From an uncultured virus (IMG/VR IMGVR_UViG_3300033153_005459) (Duplodnaviria; Heunggongvirae; Uroviricota; Caudoviricetes): 20,000 nt of DNA. The notes under the pieces are model-generated. The model saw only the letters and a program-made list of their open reading frames with translations, did not search any database and had not been told where the DNA came from. The stretch is taken from the IMG/VR virus record IMGVR_UViG_3300033153_005459; one strand, given 5' to 3'. Of the stretch, positions 16,401 through 20,000 are shown one piece after another (positions within the stretch are counted from its first letter, which is position 1; each line of letters begins with the position of its first letter). The translations under genes were made by a program, and so were the position numbers.

Positions 16401-17789
16401 ATGGGAACTACTCCAAATTACGGACTACAGACGCTCGGGGCTGGCGAAGCTTTTTCCACAGACAGCTACAAGTTCTCGGATCGCGACCGAACTCAAATCG
16501 ATCAGCTACTCAGGCTTGGCGCAGAGACTCATGTCCATGATGGTTCGTCTCTTGCGACGACCAGCCCTGAGGTTCCGCCTGAACTAACGCTCGATGTTAC
16601 ATCTGGCAATATTCCTGCTGGCCGCACTGTTCGTTACAAGTTTTCGTGGGTTGATGCTAATGGCGCTGAGTCTGCGGCGTCCCCCGAGGCGACTATTGCT
16701 ACTCCTGCTGCTATCACGGCACCAGTTGCTCCTTCTTTGTCGACCGATACGACTGGCGGTACGCTTCTTCCTGGCAATTACTTCTATGCACTGTCGGCTT
16801 ACACTGGTACCAACACATCTGAAACGAAGGCGGGCACGCGTATCTTTTTGACAGTGCCTACTGGTACCTCTACGAACACGATCACGTTGACGTTGCCTGC
16901 TACCCCGGCTGGTGCTGATGGTTTCAACGTGTATCGTCGTGGTCCCGGCGAATCGGTGTACTCGTATATCGCTTCTATTGACATGACGGTGGCTACGCCG
17001 CCCACAACGTATCTTGATGACGGTACTACTGCCCCCAACTGTAACAGGCAGCCACCGAATTCTAACTTGACGAACGCTACGAACAATGTCACTGTTGACA
17101 TTCCTGGCTCTACGCCTGCTGTTCCTGCCGGGTTGACGTGGAAGATTTACCGGACGTACACGGCGGGCGATTACAGCAACTCGTTCTTGGTTGAGGTCGT
17201 TGAAGAGACGACGCCGGGTTCTGGCATTATTGTCACGACACACATCGACGCCGGGTTGAGTGTTGCTGCCGGTCAGCCGTTGTCGTTGTCTCAGTTCACT
17301 ACGAACCCTGGCAAGATTGATCTTTTGGATGGTAACGAGGTTAGAAACAATCTTCCTATGGGTCTGGTTTCAGGCTTTCCTCACGTTGTTGAGTTTGAAT
17401 GGGACGGCATTCTTGAGGTTGACGTTGGCGTTATGCCGTGGGTTTGCCCGTTCGCTAACGCAGAGATCATCTCTGTGATGGCCTGGACCAAGTTTGGTTC
17501 TGTGCCTGCGTCGACCGATGTGATTGTTGATGTCAATATTGCTCAAGACACGGCTACTCCGACGAAGACCACTGTTTTCACTACGCAGGGCAATAGACCG
17601 ACGATTCCGGTAAGCCAGCAGATTGGTGTTCCTGCCGTCCCTGATGTAGTGGCTGTGACGCAGGGTGATGCTTTGTATGCTGACATTGATCAGGTGGGTG
17701 GTGGTGCTACTCCTACTGATGATGGCCTGATTGTTCAGGTCTACTTGTTTGTTTACGGATTCTCTACTACTACATGGATACCTACCTGA
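16401..17789 (+). CDS. Tail fibre / minor tail protein with FnIII-like domains
   Basis: N-terminal 'TTPNYGL' typical of fibre attachment segments; two FnIII-like units ('GFNVYRR', 'WKIYRT'); C-terminal beta domain 'VTQGDALYADIDQVG'. Confidence 0.7.
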   Translation: MGTTPNYGLQTLGAGEAFSTDSYKFSDRDRTQIDQLLRLGAETHVHDGSSLATTSPEVPPELTLDVTSGNIPAGRTVRYKFSWVDANGAESAASPEATIATPAAITAPVAPSLSTDTTGGTLLPGNYFYALSAYTGTNTSETKAGTRIFLTVPTGTSTNTITLTLPATPAGADGFNVYRRGPGESVYSYIASIDMTVATPPTTYLDDGTTAPNCNRQPPNSNLTNATNNVTVDIPGSTPAVPAGLTWKIYRTYTAGDYSNSFLVEVVEETTPGSGIIVTTHIDAGLSVAAGQPLSLSQFTTNPGKIDLLDGNEVRNNLPMGLVSGFPHVVEFEWDGILEVDVGVMPWVCPFANAEIISVMAWTKFGSVPASTDVIVDVNIAQDTATPTKTTVFTTQGNRPTIPVSQQIGVPAVPDVVAVTQGDALYADIDQVGGGATPTDDGLIVQVYLFVYGFSTTTWIPT

Positions 17790-18262
17790 TGCCTGTTCAA
17801 CGAAACTTCGCAGAGATCGCTCAGGTTGACCTTGATGGTCAGGCTGACAAAATTGTTGTTCAGTGGACGACTACTGGTGTCGATAATCACGTGTCGACTA
17901 CTACGAGTGGATTTTTCTCTCTTGAAACCTCAGGAATGAATCGGTTCTTGGTTCCTAAGGCTGGGTATGTGTCTCGTGTGTTTGCTATAATCGAATCTAG
18001 CACCCCTCATACTTCTGGTGCGATTGACTTGTCTTTGGGTGTGGTTACGAGAACTTCTCCATCGACCGTTAGCACTGTGGCTAATACTTTGCCTAGTATC
18101 GTGGCAAATGCACACAACTACAATGAGGTTCTTCTTTCCACGGACATTCCGTTTGTGGTTAATGACGCCCTACAGATTGAATGGTCTGTGTTTAGTAGTG
18201 TGGTTATAGGTACTGCTCTCAATATCAATATTTGGGCTGAGTTGACTCTTCCTGTGGTGTGA
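17789..18262 (+). CDS. Minor structural protein, beta-sandwich
   Basis: TGATG-coupled start at 17789, in frame with the track's 17774; motif pattern resembles the C-terminal domain of the upstream gene. Confidence 0.6.
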   Translation: MPVQRNFAEIAQVDLDGQADKIVVQWTTTGVDNHVSTTTSGFFSLETSGMNRFLVPKAGYVSRVFAIIESSTPHTSGAIDLSLGVVTRTSPSTVSTVANTLPSIVANAHNYNEVLLSTDIPFVVNDALQIEWSVFSSVVIGTALNINIWAELTLPVV

Positions 18263-18855
18263 TTTACTTTTTGCATATTCCCTCTAGTGGCGGCACGTCT
18301 CTATGGGAAATCTTCAATCAGATGTTTCTGCCTAAGGATAGAAAGCCTGTGGTCAAGCGCATATCAGAGGGCAGCATGTGGGCCAATGCTAGTCAGGCTT
18401 CGTTTGGTGATTTGAAAGTCATAGGTGGTCATTTCGTCATTGAAGAGGCACGTCAACGAGCCAACGGTGGTCAAATCATTTCGATGGTTCGGAACCCTGT
18501 AGACAGATGTATCTCTGAAACATATCGTCGCGTTCGTAACAACAATTGGGCGGTTGACCCTGATGAGCATCCAGCCCTGCGATTTGCTCGTGAACATGGG
18601 TCAGTGATGGCAGAGCAGTTGGGTGGTTCTCTACCCGATGATGTGTCGTTCGGGGTGTTTGAAGAGTATGAACGGTCGTTGGAAATGTGGGCTGAACTGT
18701 TAGGCTGGCCGTATGTTCCAGAGCTTATACATCGTAACGCAGGCGACAACCGTGTCGAGGCTGATAACGGTACTCGTGATGCTATTGCTGGTCTTCTTGA
18801 AGACGATTTTGCAGTATACAACGAAGTAATTGCGAACTTCAAATCTGAAGGTTGA
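18259..18855 (+). CDS. Sulfotransferase-family protein (Sulfotransfer_2-like)
   Basis: 5'-PSB-like 'YFLHIPSSGGTS', 'IGGHF', 3'-PB-like 'MVRNPVDRCISETY', C-terminal 'DFAVYN'; GTGA overlap with the upstream gene. Confidence 0.8.
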   Translation: MIYFLHIPSSGGTSLWEIFNQMFLPKDRKPVVKRISEGSMWANASQASFGDLKVIGGHFVIEEARQRANGGQIISMVRNPVDRCISETYRRVRNNNWAVDPDEHPALRFAREHGSVMAEQLGGSLPDDVSFGVFEEYERSLEMWAELLGWPYVPELIHRNAGDNRVEADNGTRDAIAGLLEDDFAVYNEVIANFKSEG

Positions 18856-18866
18856 TCCGCCGATGA
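18838..18866 (+). promoter_or_regulatory. sigma28-like promoter P6: TTCAA-N16-GCCGATGA
   Basis: Shared motif upstream of the lysis genes; ATG 18873 follows after a 6-nt spacer (leaderless geometry). Confidence 0.7.
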
Positions 18867-18872
18867 GACGGC

Positions 18873-18932
18873 ATGGCTATTTTTTCACGATCTGATTGGG
18901 CACACGCCCCGAAACGGGAGTTGACGCCATGA
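18873..18932 (+). pseudogene. 19-codon leader ORF (MAIFSRSDWAHAPKRELTP), probable relic of an amidase_2 N-terminus
   Basis: One extra G at 18897-18900 (TGGG) would give MAIFSRSDWGTRP in frame with the endolysin. The ORF's stop overlaps the endolysin ATG (ATGA). Confidence 0.5.
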
Positions 18933-19657
18933 CTTTGCCAACGTCAGGCAATCCAAGGCTTATTGAGACGCATCCCGAGTTCATCGCACGGCTTGAACGA
19001 TTCTTCGAACATCCCGATATCAAGGGCAAGTTCAAGGTTGGTTGGGCGGTACGCACTGAAGCGAAACAACGTTTGCTTTATGCCAAATGGCTATCTGGTC
19101 GTGGGAATCTCGCAGCGAACCCTGATCGTGTCATTGGTGTCACCGAAGAAGGGTGGACAGCGAAGGGTTCGTGGCATATGGTTCAGGAGGACGGCCATTC
19201 TTATGCTGTTGACCTGACGAAGCCGATTTGGATGACGAAGGCGAAAGCGAAGACGATTTTAGACAGAGTGCTTCCCGAGTTCGGGTTGCGTCGCACGGTT
19301 CCGACGGAGTGGTGGCACATTCAGCCCCGTTATCGTTGGGGCTGGTACTTTGATCCATCTGCGATCACTACAATGGAGAGTGGAATGTTCATTACGAAAG
19401 ACACAGAGACATCAATCGATTGCAAAGTGTGGGGCCTCGGCGCTACATACTTCTATTCGACGCAAGATGCCGCTTATTGGGCGGGCATCGTCGGACCAGA
19501 ACGTGTGTTTGTCACGCCTCATATCGACACGCTCATAGCGAGAGGTATCCCGGTTCCGACACATCCAGACCATCCAGACCATCCAGATTCGGCTGACAAC
19601 TCTGATGTTGTTGCGTCTAAGGTGGTCGCTGCAATCAAAGGAATATGGTCAAGATGA
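18929..19657 (+). CDS. Endolysin, M15-family Zn peptidase (VanY-like) with unknown C-terminal domain
   Basis: Motifs 'RTEAKQRLLY', 'SWH', 'AVD', 'EWWH'; RBS GGGAG 8 nt before ATG 18929; follows the tail genes. Confidence 0.85.
   Translation: MTLPTSGNPRLIETHPEFIARLERFFEHPDIKGKFKVGWAVRTEAKQRLLYAKWLSGRGNLAANPDRVIGVTEEGWTAKGSWHMVQEDGHSYAVDLTKPIWMTKAKAKTILDRVLPEFGLRRTVPTEWWHIQPRYRWGWYFDPSAITTMESGMFITKDTETSIDCKVWGLGATYFYSTQDAAYWAGIVGPERVFVTPHIDTLIARGIPVPTHPDHPDHPDSADNSDVVASKVVAAIKGIWSR
19562..19588 (+). repeat. 9-nt tandem repeat CATCCAGAY x3 (HPDHPDHPD)
   Basis: CATCCAGAC CATCCAGAC CATCCAGAT read directly. Confidence 0.9.
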
Positions 19658-19689
19658 ACCGTATCCACGATTGATTCGGAGATCGTATT

Positions 19690-20000
19690 ATGCTTGCGGG
19701 TTCAGATTGGGCTTCGATTGTTGTTGGTGCCTTGGCTATGGCCGGGGTGATTTTTGCAGCGATGGCGAACTCTCGCGGTCGAAAACAAGAACGCGCAACA
19801 GGACTTATGGATGTCCAAGTTTTGGCTAATAATCAACTTCTAGACCAGTTGCAGGAATCATTGAAAGACTATCGAGAAGAAAATATCGAGCTACGTGAAC
19901 GCATCTCAATGCTTGATCAGAGGGTCGTTGAGCTTACTAACGAACTCCAAGCTCTTTCTGATGAACGTGACAGGTTGAAACGGTTGGTGGATGCTCAAGG
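19690..20000 (+). CDS. 3'-truncated membrane-anchored coiled-coil protein, probably lysis cassette; absent from the ORF track
   Basis: RBS GGAG at 19678-19681; MLAGSDWASIVVGALAMAGVIFAAMANSRGRK (one TM helix then basic residues) followed by heptad-like LLDQLQESLKDYREENIELRERISMLDQRVVEL; open to the window end. Confidence 0.8.
   Translation, partial: MLAGSDWASIVVGALAMAGVIFAAMANSRGRKQERATGLMDVQVLANNQLLDQLQESLKDYREENIELRERISMLDQRVVELTNELQALSDERDRLKRLVDAQ

Noticed and set aside
12249..17243. 214-aa and 219-aa minus-strand ORFs within Tal and fibre genes
   Set aside because: Antisense shadows with no protein motifs.
15322..18262. Diversity-generating retroelement target or invertible tail-fibre cassette
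   Set aside because: No nucleotide-level template/variable repeat pair, reverse transcriptase, invertase or reversed cassette was seen in the window.
19649..19673. TCAAG...CACGATTG as a seventh promoter copy
   Set aside because: Wrong spacing and a mismatch in the CCGA core.
1..20000. CRISPR array, tRNA, IS element, intron/intein, alternative genetic code
   Set aside because: No repeat-spacer structure, cloverleaf, transposase or splicing motifs were seen, and genes tile densely under the standard code.

Overview
A + strand virion morphogenesis and lysis module of a long-tailed (siphovirus-like) dsDNA phage or prophage, most likely infecting Actinomycetota; an Acidimicrobiia-type host is suggested by GYW..DG...FGDA repeats in the baseplate protein. 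Gene order: partial beta-rich virion protein, small accessory proteins, head-tail joining genes, an enlarged HK97 gp10-like protein, major tail protein, tail assembly chaperone pair with a probable -1 frameshift, 1653-aa tape measure, Dit-like and Tal-like proteins, minor tail/fibre proteins, a sulfotransferase-like gene, an M15 peptidase endolysin and a membrane-anchored coiled-coil protein. The main unexplained signal is a bipartite motif, YTHRR-N16-KCCGAY, with identical spacing at all six large intergenic gaps. It resembles sigma28 (FliA/WhiG/SigD) promoters and suggests a late regulon driven by a flagellar/sporulation-class sigma factor. Also notable: a frameshifted amidase-like N-terminal relic upstream of the endolysin, a host-type repeat insert in Tal, and a sulfotransferase lacking its conserved P-loop lysine. 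Functional calls rest on motif recognition and synteny; no database searches were run.
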